From a virus (lineage: Duplodnaviria; Caudoviricetes), in the IMG/VR virus record IMGVR_UViG_2907546677_000002, positions 1 to 64,000 of that record: DNA of 64,000 nucleotides. One strand, given 5' to 3'. The position numbers and the translations under genes are program-made. The notes below the pieces were generated by a model. The model ran no database searches, was not told the origin of the DNA, and saw nothing but the letters and a program-made list of their open reading frames with translations. Below, in pieces: positions 48,101-56,361 of the stretch (positions are counted from its first letter, which is position 1; every line of letters starts with the position of its first letter).

Positions 48101-48587
48101 GAGCGGCATCCGCAAGGGCATGGCCGACCTTGACTCCAAGAGGCGCGGGCACGAACCCGGATTCGGGTCCGCTCCGGGAAGTCCTCACGCGGATCCTCCC
48201 GACCCGACCGCGTATTCCCCCGACGGGCAGACGCTCCGTGACGGCAACCCGTTCCAGACGGAGGACAAGCCGTACACGGACGGCATGCGCGACGAGGCCG
48301 GCAACCTCACCCCGGACGGCGAGTCCGCGATGAGTTACGCGCGCAACGGTCTCATGGACGATTACATGAACAACCAGCACATGACCCGCGAGGAGGCCGA
48401 GGACGCCTTGCAGGGCGACATGGTGAGCGGGCGCCTGCGCGATCTCGCGGAACGCCGTTACGCGATGGAGCACGAGCCTCGGAACGGTGCGGCGGATTCC
48501 ACGCCGACGACCCCGATCAATGTGATGGACGGAACCGTGACCGAGGTCATCGACACTCCCACCCAATCCGACGGCACGAGCATCTAG
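45174..48587 (+). CDS. large polytopic membrane protein, VirB6-like
   Basis: Signal/TM, TM cluster, large extracellular domain, second TM cluster, G/A/R-rich cytoplasmic tail. Confidence 0.7.
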   Translation: MRHANPMRAVLRRNLLLMLLLVLTVTLVCMPASAFAGSNTNAGITENGVSGCVTVGSGTNEYDFSTCLPSGRWGGFVGILTTRTEPSGGLFGPLANAAAYVGTTIRLMLPRMLMMITQVCWSSALAFSQFAASFNPLDTAGAQLDAATSRLISNILAGSIPAVLVVLAIVGWILAAGFEIGTTKEASKRLLATVLCLSALIVMGNGAAKTGEDATEPAAGSPWWVVKTLNNAINTMTVGLNLDGLNDGNENMMAYDNRGNGNDANCQDYLYQMHQQYNDNTTAKGNADSSAVTSAVNRLWEETTLRNWVTMQWNNPTAAGSVTDKQAANAQQAYCHVIDLQANTDPTVQKDLTNAAMGSSIDDNTARWIFTHMGWISTYNSLVDDGKQQDDRDDTVRESRAGVFWETCTTNSKGTPKARDGWGKIINNLGDKKTGRISNGGKAVRAARSAYSTDDTFPSDGSKTLLSTSDGDDAARVKATGVVCKVILNSADSNGGVFHRTLDGFDKLNDQSDTNIGDAATLGWRFDIPNLGATWREVNATGLNNPTTDDGAAKSTLDYMYGNASPDTLGAFGSMIGGIVNCIVWGLFSIILIMSKLMLLMMVLFLAVAFLIRAVPIGEKPKKVLGNWVKLTCNLSMTGALYAVIGTIATFICQLALTFCSGMTSTFVYNLIANTSPILAMITIGMFCSKVVKCGNPLSISAMMGVAGGGALAGGVGKGLSSIGRQMMYARAMFGGGSPFGFGRGSHAAGRRSSRHAGGGVYGATDGQRILDGVSEAQADAPSQSARRTPSNRTTYKDGRKVSPLSEQWSQHGAGTVRGSLAYAARGAERRAGKAGKSFASSMRHGSRRDMNDYIHQYWQMHPNGSADGAVRYASVRDKLSRAGDASLGVVAGANAAVRFAGAAFRSKPLRDVAKRTAKVAAVAGAGALAFSNPITAPLGLMAMGKLATSRDVWHGARVGLNTAGNGAKWALNKSKSGIRKGMADLDSKRRGHEPGFGSAPGSPHADPPDPTAYSPDGQTLRDGNPFQTEDKPYTDGMRDEAGNLTPDGESAMSYARNGLMDDYMNNQHMTREEAEDALQGDMVSGRLRDLAERRYAMEHEPRNGAADSTPTTPINVMDGTVTEVIDTPTQSDGTSI

Positions 48588-48597
48588 GGGGGGCACC

Positions 48598-48948
48598 ATG
48601 GAATCCACCACCAACCAGACGGCGCAGATCGCCGGGCAGGGTGCCGCCGATTTCTTCAGCGTGTTCCTCGCATGGGTGTTCACGCCGACCGGCGCGATTC
48701 TCACGCTCCTCCTGATCCTCATCGGCGGGGGGAGCCTCGCCATGAGGGTCATGGGTCGGGCGAGCAGGCTGCTGAGTGTTCTCGGCACGATCACCGCGAT
48801 CCTGTTTTTCGTGTGGATCGTCAGTGGCGTGATGGAGGGGTTCGGCATTCCCGTGAGGGAGTGGATTCGTTCCATCGCCATGCAGTTGCCTGATATCGGC
48901 ATGATGTTCAAGGCGTTCTTCGAACGTCTCCTGTACACGGCCGGCTGA
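48598..48948 (+). CDS. small membrane protein
   Basis: 2-3 TM helices; G7 run serves as SD. Confidence 0.7.
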   Translation: MESTTNQTAQIAGQGAADFFSVFLAWVFTPTGAILTLLLILIGGGSLAMRVMGRASRLLSVLGTITAILFFVWIVSGVMEGFGIPVREWIRSIAMQLPDIGMMFKAFFERLLYTAG

Positions 48949-48959
48949 GTTCCTGCCGG

Positions 48960-49063
48960 ACGTTCCGACGGCGTGCCGTGTTGACGGCGAGCGGTGTCGA
49001 CGTTGTGACGTTCCGCTGGTTTCCTGGCTGGGTGTCACGCCGGTAAGACGTCCAGTCGGTCTT
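48960..49063 (+). repeat. octamer array 1 upstream of parA (parS candidate)
   Basis: ACGTTCCG ACGGCGTG CCGTGTTG ACGGCGAG ... ACGTTGTG ACGTTCCG CTGGTTTC CTGGCTGG ... CCGGTAAG ACGTCCAG TCGGTCTT. Confidence 0.75.
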
Positions 49064-49126
49064 CTTCCCCGGTTAAGCCGGGTGAGGCTCGCGACGCGAT
49101 CCATCCGAATCCACACACGCTTGACA

Positions 49127-49240
49127 CCGGTACGCCGTTGTGCCGTCAGACCGTTAGAACGGCGTCGCAAACATGACGGGATGAGGTTCCAACGGCGTGC
49201 CGTGCCCCCGTTGCAATGGTATGATGTAACGGCGGCAGCG
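49127..49240 (+). repeat. octamer array 2 overlapping the parA promoter (parS/operator candidate)
   Basis: CCGGTACG CCGTTGTG CCGTCAGA CCGTTAGA ACGGCGTC ... ACGGCGTG CCGTGCCC CCGTTGCA ATGGTATG; extended -10 TGgTATGAT at 49217-49225. Confidence 0.7.
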
Positions 49241-49274
49241 GCATCCACACGCCCGGCCGCAAGGAGAACCGACA

Positions 49275-49892
49275 ATGACCATCATCATCGCCGTGGGATG
49301 CGCGAAAGGCGGTGTCGCCAAGACGACGACCGCGATGCAGCTCGCGGGCCTGCTCACACGATGGGGAAGACGCGCGGTCGTACTCGACGCCGACAACACG
49401 GGCGGCGCGACGAAATGGGCCATGACCGCGATGGACAACAGCGACAGTCTGGAGTTCCCCGTCAGCCCCGTCAACCAGGTGACCTTGAACAGGGAACTCA
49501 TCCAACGCCAATACCCGGACACGTGGGTGATTATAGACACGCCGCCCTCCGATACCGGGGTCATCCAGCTCGCGTTCAACGCGGCGGATGTCATCATCAT
49601 CCCCACACAGCCTTCGATGATGGATCTTCGCCTGGCGGCGGAGACCTACCGTGCGGTGTCTTCGGACAGCAGGACGGCAATCGTGCTCGTCACCAGGGCG
49701 AAGCTGAACACGCGGCTCACCAACGAGACGAAGGAGCAACTGGACGGGCTGGAGGTCACGCGGTTCGAGACGGTCATCAGGGACCGCGAAGCGGTCAAGG
49801 GAATGGCCGGCACAAGTCAGCTTGACATGGAGGACTATTCGAGCGTCGCACATGAGCTCATCGAGTTCGTGGAGCAGGACAGGAGACGGTGA
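49275..49892 (+). CDS. parA: ParA partition ATPase (short, type Ib)
   Basis: CAKGGVAKTT, VLDAD, VIIDTPP, ADVIIIPTQP; no N-terminal HTH. Confidence 0.9.
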   Translation: MTIIIAVGCAKGGVAKTTTAMQLAGLLTRWGRRAVVLDADNTGGATKWAMTAMDNSDSLEFPVSPVNQVTLNRELIQRQYPDTWVIIDTPPSDTGVIQLAFNAADVIIIPTQPSMMDLRLAAETYRAVSSDSRTAIVLVTRAKLNTRLTNETKEQLDGLEVTRFETVIRDREAVKGMAGTSQLDMEDYSSVAHELIEFVEQDRRR

Positions 49893-50254
49893 CCGTGGTA
49901 AAGAACATCAAACGGCAGAGGACGATGGGTGCGCTGGAGAAATCGGTCGGCATGTTCGCCGCTCCGCCCCAGGGGGAACCTGCCGCCGCGGCCATCCCGT
50001 CGGCGGCGAACCAGTCCGGGAGCATACGGGCGGCTCAGGAGCCGAAGCCGACGGCCCCCAACGGCAACGGCGGTCGCCCCCCGAAACAGCTCGGCTCGAA
50101 GGTGACATACGAGAACTGGAAGGCATGGCGGACCGCCGCCGTGGAGTTCGACATCACGCAGGTCGCGTTGCTGAACATGGCGTTCGACTACGTGTTCCAG
50201 CAGGGGCACGTCGAGGAGATCATGGGGCTGCGGGAGAAGTACGAGGAGGATTGA
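49889..50254 (+). CDS. ParG-like ribbon-helix-helix centromere-binding protein
   Basis: Disordered N-terminus, then KQLGSKVTYENWKAWRTAAVEFDITQVALLNMAFDYVF; coupled to parA. Confidence 0.7.
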   Translation: MTVVKNIKRQRTMGALEKSVGMFAAPPQGEPAAAAIPSAANQSGSIRAAQEPKPTAPNGNGGRPPKQLGSKVTYENWKAWRTAAVEFDITQVALLNMAFDYVFQQGHVEEIMGLREKYEED

Positions 50255-50257
50255 CCC

Positions 50258-50288
50258 GAAAAGGCCGGACCGAGCGTCCGGCCTTTTC
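50258..50288 (+). terminator. intrinsic terminator after the par operon
   Basis: gaaaaggccggac-cgagc-gtccggccttttc. Confidence 0.8.
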
Positions 50289-50315
50289 CGTAACTGATTC
50301 ATGCTGCCATGCCCT

Positions 50316-50341
50316 ACGTGATACAGTGTAAATGTTCACAC
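50316..50341 (+). promoter_or_regulatory. 26-bp motif copy 11
   Basis: ACGTGATACAGTGTAAATGTTCACAC. Confidence 0.75.
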
Positions 50342-50358
50342 ATCTTTAGGAGCGGTGC

Positions 50359-51594
50359 ATGAGGAAAGCCCGGAAACCCACCATCAGACAGTCCCCGTTG
50401 GACTTCGACCAGAAGGAGCGGAAGAACCGCGTCGAATGGGATGCGGTCAAGGCGACCTGGCGGAAAGCGCGCAAATGGAAGCTCATCATCATCCTGTTCG
50501 TCATCGTCGGACTGGTCTCTCCCGTCATCTCCGTGCGCATGGTCAACATCGTCACGGAAATGGGGCAGACGCTCGGATCGAAATACCGTGAGCTGAACGC
50601 GGACAAGCCCGGACGCCAGGCCGCACTGCAGGCGGTCAACTCATGGCTCACCGGAGACCAGAGCGGATTCCGTGCGGGGATCTCGAACCTGTGGTGGGAT
50701 GACGCGACGAAGGTCGGCGAGAAATCGGACACGAGCGCCCTGTCCACCGGCGACGGCCAGACGACCGAATACTGGAGCCACCGTATGTCGTTCACCGACC
50801 TCGCGGACGGGGAGACGAGGGACGTGACACAGCTCGTCGCCATCACCGGAGGAGTCGCCACCGCGGTCGGCGAGCCGACGATACTCCCGCAGCAGGTCAC
50901 CACGAACACGAACCAGTCGTTCCAGCCGACCGGCTACCAGCAGGTCGACCAGCCGCAGAGCTTCACGAACGTGGCGGCCGCCTGGGCGAAGGCGTATGCG
51001 GGCAAGGACAGCGCGGCGTTCACCGTGCTCGTCGGAGACCCGGACGCCTCGCACATGTACCAGCCGGCGAACATCGGGGTCGCGAAGAACACGACGGTCA
51101 ACTGGATGGTCGCGTGCACGAAGGACGGGCAGCCGACCGACAAGAAGAACAAGGAGCAGAACCCGGCGTGGGGGTGCGCGAGCATATCCATCACGTTCGA
51201 CCCGTATCCGATAACGGTCAAGTCGGACGGCACGTCCGACCCGTCCCAGCCGTCAGTCTCCGATGACGTGAACAATTCGCGCAGCGTGAAGACCAGCGTC
51301 ACCGTGCTCGTAAAGAACCCCACGTTGGGCAGCGCGAAGATCGTCGACTGGGGTGCGGACGGAAGCCTGTCCACACTGTCCCCGTACGCGAACGCGGTGG
51401 ACAAGTCTCTCATCTCATCCAGCGGGGACTCGTCCGACGAGTCGGACACGGGAACCGATTCCACGTCCGGCATGACGGGTGACTCGGCGACCGTGCCTCC
51501 CGCCTCCGGGACTGGCGGCGACACGGGCTCCACGTCATCCGACACGGGCTCCACGCCGTCCGGCGAGGATGCCACGTCGATACAAGGCGAATAG
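50359..51594 (+). CDS. bitopic conjugation protein, VirB8/TcpC-like
   Basis: Basic N-terminus, single TM (LIIILFVIVGLVSPVI), two beta-rich domains, S/T/D-rich tail. Confidence 0.55.
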   Translation: MRKARKPTIRQSPLDFDQKERKNRVEWDAVKATWRKARKWKLIIILFVIVGLVSPVISVRMVNIVTEMGQTLGSKYRELNADKPGRQAALQAVNSWLTGDQSGFRAGISNLWWDDATKVGEKSDTSALSTGDGQTTEYWSHRMSFTDLADGETRDVTQLVAITGGVATAVGEPTILPQQVTTNTNQSFQPTGYQQVDQPQSFTNVAAAWAKAYAGKDSAAFTVLVGDPDASHMYQPANIGVAKNTTVNWMVACTKDGQPTDKKNKEQNPAWGCASISITFDPYPITVKSDGTSDPSQPSVSDDVNNSRSVKTSVTVLVKNPTLGSAKIVDWGADGSLSTLSPYANAVDKSLISSSGDSSDESDTGTDSTSGMTGDSATVPPASGTGGDTGSTSSDTGSTPSGEDATSIQGE

Positions 51595-51606
51595 AAAGGT
51601 GCCATC

Positions 51607-51735
51607 ATGGCAAACAAGGACGACCAGGACCCCTGGTCGGATTTCATCAGCAGCAACAGCGAGCTCATAGGCGCGGCGATAGTGATCGTGTTCGCCATCG
51701 CCGTGCTCATCAACGTCGTCAACTCGTTCCTATAG
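51607..51735 (+). CDS. 42-aa single-TM peptide
   Basis: My translation: MANKDDQDPWSDFISSNSELIGAAIVIVFAIAVLINVVNSFL; GAAAGG SD; fills the operon gap. Confidence 0.6.
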   Translation: MANKDDQDPWSDFISSNSELIGAAIVIVFAIAVLINVVNSFL

Positions 51736-51744
51736 GAGACGGTC

Positions 51745-52710
51745 ATGGCTCGAAGGAAAACAGGCATGACCGTCGCCGGCGTGCTGTCCGGCACGGCAAT
51801 GATCGTCGCGGTGGTGGTCGGCGTGGTCAACTCCGGCGTGTACGCCACGTTCGCGGAGGGCATGCACCTGCCCGTCATCACGAATGTGAGCCAGCTATTC
51901 CCCGGCGCCGACTCGCAGCACAAGAATGGTCTCGGCCTGAACCTCCCGAAACCCACGGCCCCGGACAAGGGGTCGTCCCAATCGGACGGGAACGGGGGTA
52001 GCGCGTCTGATGGAGTGTCCGCGGAGGGGAAGCTGCCGGCCGGCGCATCCAGCCCCATGAGCGTCGGCGAGGCGTTGCCCGCGGCGAAGGCCATGCCGAC
52101 GGACACGCCGCACGTGAAGGGGTATGACCGTGCCGGCGAGTTCGGCGGGTGGGCGAACAGCGACAGGCTATGCGGGTCGGGGAGCACGCGCGACATGATC
52201 CTCAAACGCGACATGACCGGCGTGGACATGGACTCCCAGTGCCGTGTCCTGTCGGGCACGCTGAACGACCCGTATACGGGCAAGTCCATCGAGTTCCGCC
52301 GCGACGTGTACCAGAAGGTCAGCGGGAAGACACGCAAGGTGTCGGGTGATTCGACCGCGGTGCAGATTGACCATGTGGTCGCGTTGAACGACGCCTGGGC
52401 GTCGGGCTTGTGGAAGGAGTCCCGCAAGGCCGATCGCGTCACGTATGCGAACGACCCGGAGGTGCTGCTCGCCTCGCAGGGGGCCGCGAACAACACGAAG
52501 AGCATGGGCGTCAACCTGTACGGGAAGGGCGCGCCGAAGCAGTTGCACTGGTCGGCGGGAACGCCGAGCGTCTGGCTGCCGGACAACCGGTCGTACCGGT
52601 GCGAGTACATGGCAAAGCGCGTGTACATCAAGCACAAGTATGGCCTGTCGATGAGCTCGTGGGAGAAGTCGGAGACGGTCTCGTATCTTTCCCAATGCGC
52701 CGCTCCCTGA
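51745..52710 (+). CDS. exported HNH endonuclease (DUF1524-like)
   Basis: N-terminal TM; TRDMILKRD, LNDPYTG, QIDHVVAL..AW..G, ANDPEVLLAS...N..KS, WLPDN..YRCEY. Confidence 0.85.
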   Translation: MARRKTGMTVAGVLSGTAMIVAVVVGVVNSGVYATFAEGMHLPVITNVSQLFPGADSQHKNGLGLNLPKPTAPDKGSSQSDGNGGSASDGVSAEGKLPAGASSPMSVGEALPAAKAMPTDTPHVKGYDRAGEFGGWANSDRLCGSGSTRDMILKRDMTGVDMDSQCRVLSGTLNDPYTGKSIEFRRDVYQKVSGKTRKVSGDSTAVQIDHVVALNDAWASGLWKESRKADRVTYANDPEVLLASQGAANNTKSMGVNLYGKGAPKQLHWSAGTPSVWLPDNRSYRCEYMAKRVYIKHKYGLSMSSWEKSETVSYLSQCAAP

Positions 52711-52783
52711 GAGTTTCCTAAGAAAGATGCAGTTTTTACGGGGTCGGGCGTGCGTCATGCCCTAGTGTGGGTGTTGAGGCGAT

Positions 52784-52948
52784 TCCATACCGTCACAGGC
52801 TTCCAAGTGACGGCATGGATGACCCCCGTTTGAGGAAGGATTCCGTCCGGGGCTTCCGCCCCGGTTTTCACGGAACATGGTTTCTCCTTCGCCGGACGGC
52901 CCGTGTGGACAAGTGGGCCGTCCGGTTTTTCTTTTCCTGCGGAGAAAC
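52784..52948. other. multi-hairpin non-coding segment
   Basis: Stems at 52784-52819, 52841-52875 and 52880-52948, the last enclosing ccggacggccc/gggccgtccgg. Confidence 0.55.
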
Positions 52949-52954
52949 ACACTG

Positions 52955-52980
52955 ACGTGATACACTGTTATTGTCCACAC
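52955..52980 (+). promoter_or_regulatory. 26-bp motif copy 12
   Basis: ACGTGATACACTGTTATTGTCCACAC. Confidence 0.85.
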
Positions 52981-52999
52981 AGAAAATGCAGGGAGCACA

Positions 53000-53356
53000 A
53001 TGAGCTATACGGGATTCTCCACACTCGAATACCAGATCAGCATCCACGAAGACAAAGAGGCACGCGAACAAGCCGCATACGAACAACGCCTCGCCGACGC
53101 CCAACAGGGAATCGGCGGACTCGTGCTGCTCCCCGAAGGCGACCCAGCCAGCCTCGACGACTACGTGTCCATGCCCACCCGGCACGACATACTGAACACC
53201 TGCCCCCACGGATGGTACATCGAAGACGGACGCCAGACCCACGGCGTCTACCATCTCAACGACACCGAAGGCAGATGGGAACCATGCGACCAGTACGTCA
53301 TCCACGACAAGCTGACGGGGGACGACCGCTACAAACCCTACCCGCTGCTGCCCTGA
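53000..53356 (+). CDS. hypothetical protein
   Basis: GGGAG SD; first gene after copy 12. Confidence 0.7.
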   Translation: MSYTGFSTLEYQISIHEDKEAREQAAYEQRLADAQQGIGGLVLLPEGDPASLDDYVSMPTRHDILNTCPHGWYIEDGRQTHGVYHLNDTEGRWEPCDQYVIHDKLTGDDRYKPYPLLP

Positions 53357-53371
53357 CAAAGGAGACCAATT

Positions 53372-53650
53372 TTGACCGCAAGCAACATCAAGACACTCGG
53401 CGACCTCATGGACCGGTGCAAACCCACCACCGTCCTCGACATCCTCTTCCACGAGAAGGACGGGGTCGACCGGTACCCGCAGACGCTCGGATTCCATCCG
53501 ACCGTCAACAACCTGTGCGGCAACAAGTGGCTTCGATCGCTCCCCATCACCCGACGCGAGCACTATTCGACCGGACAAGTCAAAAGCGGCTGGACCGTAT
53601 GGGTCGGCCAGCCGTTCGATTCGGACTCCTTCTGGAAGGCCGTCCGTTAA
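53372..53650 (+). CDS. hypothetical protein
   Basis: AAGGAG SD before TTG. Confidence 0.6.
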   Translation: MTASNIKTLGDLMDRCKPTTVLDILFHEKDGVDRYPQTLGFHPTVNNLCGNKWLRSLPITRREHYSTGQVKSGWTVWVGQPFDSDSFWKAVR

Positions 53651-53674
53651 CCATGACACCAATGAGAAAGGAAC

Positions 53675-54151
53675 GTGGCAATGATTAAGACCATTACGAA
53701 CCTGACCACCAAGAAATGGCGTGACATTTACACCAACAAAATCGCCGCCGAATCCCTCATCCTCGAATACATTGACGAATCCGGCAAGACCAACAAGACC
53801 GGATGCCTCACCCAATCCAACGAATTAGGATATTGGGACGCCGACAGCGACGAATGGGAAGATATTCTCAACGCCTGGCTCGAAAACAAGCCGTCATGGA
53901 TCGCATACTCTGACAAAGAGCAGGACTGGCAATTGCTCAGCCAATACTTGCTCGGTCTCACCGACGAACAATCCGATGAACTGAGCGACAACTGCGCCAA
54001 AGCGCATGATTTAAGGAACATCAGACTCATCATGGGTCAAGCCAAGTCACTGACCAAGACCGGGCGAGATGTACTCGCCAATCTCCTGCAAAACGACATT
54101 CCAGCGACGCAAAGCAGTGATATTTACGAGCGAATGGCAAAGAAGGACTGA
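53675..54151 (+). CDS. hypothetical protein
   Basis: AAAGGA SD; 158 aa. Confidence 0.7.
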   Translation: MAMIKTITNLTTKKWRDIYTNKIAAESLILEYIDESGKTNKTGCLTQSNELGYWDADSDEWEDILNAWLENKPSWIAYSDKEQDWQLLSQYLLGLTDEQSDELSDNCAKAHDLRNIRLIMGQAKSLTKTGRDVLANLLQNDIPATQSSDIYERMAKKD

Positions 54152-54152
54152 T

Positions 54153-54398
54153 ATGGCTACGAACGTGACCGAAAAAGACAAAGCACTTCAAGAGGTTATC
54201 GACTGGTGCGAACAGCTTGAGACTGAAGGTCGGCGGCTTGCAAACGCTCTTCTGTCACGACATGAGATGGATGCATACGGTGTCGTGATGGGACAGGCCA
54301 ACGCATACGGAAGGACAGCTGACCACTGTCGTTCCATGCTCGGCTACGGCGGCTCCATGCCGTCCGATGTGCCTAATCAAAGCGAGGACGCGAAATGA
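54153..54398 (+). CDS. phage-type hypothetical protein
   Basis: MATNVTEKDKALQEVIDWCEQLE...; AAGGA SD. Confidence 0.65.
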   Translation: MATNVTEKDKALQEVIDWCEQLETEGRRLANALLSRHEMDAYGVVMGQANAYGRTADHCRSMLGYGGSMPSDVPNQSEDAK

Positions 54399-54450
54399 GC
54401 AGGACTGATACCACCGCCATGCTGTCACAACTGGTGGAGGGAGGTAGACG

Positions 54451-54906
54451 ATGAGCGGGACCCGCCGATATCGTAAGCTCTCCGCCGAGACGTTGGACAC
54501 GCTGCTGAGGCTCATCTCTGAGGATGAGTTGACGCCGAAGCAGATCGCGGAGCGCGCCGGAGTGTCACGCCAACAGGTCTACGAGTACCGGACGAAACTC
54601 AAGGACCGTGAGCAGACCGCGCCGTTGACCGACATGTCCACGCTTGTGATTCATCAGCGAGTCGTCTTCCGCCCGGACATGACCATCGAGAACCCGGAGG
54701 ATGTGAACGGGCCGAGTCTCATCGACCCGGACAGCGGCTTCGACTGTTCCCGATGCGGCCAGTCCATGAGCCGTGACTGGTTCACCGTCGAAGGCAACCG
54801 AATCAAACCGGATTTCCGCTATTGTCCCGGATGCGCGGGCGTGGCTACCCCATACAGGGACGACACGATAAGCCCCGATGCGAGGGAGGCGGGCTATGAG
54901 TCCTGA
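54451..54906 (+). CDS. HTH plus zinc-ribbon protein
   Basis: LTPKQIAERAGVSRQQVYEYR; CSRCG and YCPGCA. Confidence 0.7.
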   Translation: MSGTRRYRKLSAETLDTLLRLISEDELTPKQIAERAGVSRQQVYEYRTKLKDREQTAPLTDMSTLVIHQRVVFRPDMTIENPEDVNGPSLIDPDSGFDCSRCGQSMSRDWFTVEGNRIKPDFRYCPGCAGVATPYRDDTISPDAREAGYES

Positions 54907-54947
54907 TGCGGAACGTGTCCGCAAGCACTGTATGCGAAGGGCAACGG

Positions 54948-55196
54948 GTGATGGGCGACTGGCGTGACAAGGCCGCTTGCCGGGACATGGACCCTGACCT
55001 GTTCTTCCCCGCCACGCGGCAGGAGAAACGATTGGCGCTCAAGGTCTGCTCCACGTGCCCGTCGATACGCGAATGCGCACGGTATGCGGCGGAACATGCA
55101 CGGATAAACGGCTACCCGTTGCAAGGCGTATGGGGCGGCATAAACAGAAGCAAAGGCAAGAACTACAGGAACAACGAAACGGAGATGTGGGAATGA
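54948..55196 (+). CDS. whiB: WhiB-family Fe-S transcription regulator
   Basis: WRDKAACRDMDPDLFFP...VCSTCPSIRECARYA...GVWGG. Confidence 0.9.
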   Translation: MMGDWRDKAACRDMDPDLFFPATRQEKRLALKVCSTCPSIRECARYAAEHARINGYPLQGVWGGINRSKGKNYRNNETEMWE

Positions 55197-55522
55197 GCAT
55201 CGCGGATGATGAAGCTGAGAAAACGTATCCGACCCGCCACTGGGAAGGAACGCACCTCAAGGAACAGTTTTACTGCGACACGGACGATCTACAGGAAGCG
55301 TACCTGCGCGGCCGCAACGCGCCACCGGCTGACGCCGAGATCGAAGCAGTGGCGAAACGGCTCTGCTGGGACAGCTGCGAATGGGATGGCGTCGATAGCT
55401 ACGCGGCGAAAGACGAGGATGACGCATGGAATTATGCCGGTGAGATTCCCGGCTTCCATGAGGGATATATCAGACGGGCCAAGGAAATGCTCGAAATCGC
55501 ACGGAAGGCGGTAAGCGAATGA
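55193..55522 (+). CDS. phage-type hypothetical protein
   Basis: ATG 55193 overlaps the whiB stop; DLQEAYLRGR...EIEAVAKRL. Confidence 0.65.
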   Translation: MSIADDEAEKTYPTRHWEGTHLKEQFYCDTDDLQEAYLRGRNAPPADAEIEAVAKRLCWDSCEWDGVDSYAAKDEDDAWNYAGEIPGFHEGYIRRAKEMLEIARKAVSE

Positions 55523-55728
55523 TCATCAAGGAATGGACTAAAACAATCGCCATCACCGTCGGTGTAATGTTCTTCGCCATATTCATCACCTACATCGGCT
55601 ATGCCCGCGGGGCGGAAACGACGGCGGACACCATCATCCTCCGCGACGGCAGCCGATCATACGCTTGCCAGACCAGCAGGCTCTCACCAGCGCCACACAA
55701 CTGCAAGCCAGTCACGGAGAAATCATGA
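55519..55728 (+). CDS. small single-TM protein
   Basis: TM helix; overlaps with neighbours. Confidence 0.55.
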   Translation: MIIKEWTKTIAITVGVMFFAIFITYIGYARGAETTADTIILRDGSRSYACQTSRLSPAPHNCKPVTEKS

Positions 55729-55862
55729 GCATCGGGTACGTGGAATGCGCCCATTGCGGCGAGACCGTCGGCACATATTACGTGACCTGCCCGTACTGCG
55801 GATACAAGCTGGCCGTGCGCAGGCCGACAGGCATGGACGAACCAGGAAGGAAACGAGACTAA
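55725..55862 (+). CDS. small zinc-ribbon protein
   Basis: ECAHCG...TCPYCG; GGAG SD. Confidence 0.6.
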   Translation: MSIGYVECAHCGETVGTYYVTCPYCGYKLAVRRPTGMDEPGRKRD

Positions 55863-55864
55863 AA

Positions 55865-56323
55865 ATGAGCGTTTTCGCTGGTGCCGGTGGCGCAGCTTAC
55901 ATGTCAAACCGCATGAATTGGGAGACTCCGACCGATTTATTCGCACAGCTGGATCGCGAGTTCCATTTCACATTGGACGCGGCAAGCAGTGAAACGAACC
56001 ACAAATGCCCAAAATACTTTACCGCTGAAAACAGCGCATTTAACCATGAATGGGGGGGGGAGACGGTATTCTGCAATCCGCCATACGGCAGAGCAATCCC
56101 GGAGTGGGTACGCAAATGCAGTATGGAGGCCAGCCGAAAGAACACCATTGTCGTTATGCTGCTCCCAGCCAGAACGGATACCAGATGGTTCCAGCAATAT
56201 ATTCTCAACCGAGCGGAGATCAGATTCATCAAAGGCAGACTCCGTTTCGAGGTGGACGGCGTACCGGGCGGCCCGGCACCATTCCCAAGCATGATCGTCA
56301 TAATGCGTACCGGAGAAAGGTGA
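55865..56323 (+). CDS. phage-type N6-adenine DNA methyltransferase
   Basis: WETPTDLF..LDREFHFTLDAAS, VFCNPPYG, MLLPARTDTRWF, RFIKGRLRF, APFPSM; in-frame G9 tract at 56052-56060. Confidence 0.9.
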   Translation: MSVFAGAGGAAYMSNRMNWETPTDLFAQLDREFHFTLDAASSETNHKCPKYFTAENSAFNHEWGGETVFCNPPYGRAIPEWVRKCSMEASRKNTIVVMLLPARTDTRWFQQYILNRAEIRFIKGRLRFEVDGVPGGPAPFPSMIVIMRTGER

Positions 56324-56361
56324 AGGAATATGGCAAGGTGCGTGTAGTCCAAGATGTGCTT

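Noticed and set aside
41599-48938. Long antisense ORFs (41599..43908, 45537..46670, 47208..48938); likewise 19328..21691, 10683..12047, 32185..33681 and 400..1635
   Set aside because: Shadow ORFs of real genes in high-GC DNA, with R/G/A/P-rich non-protein-like composition.
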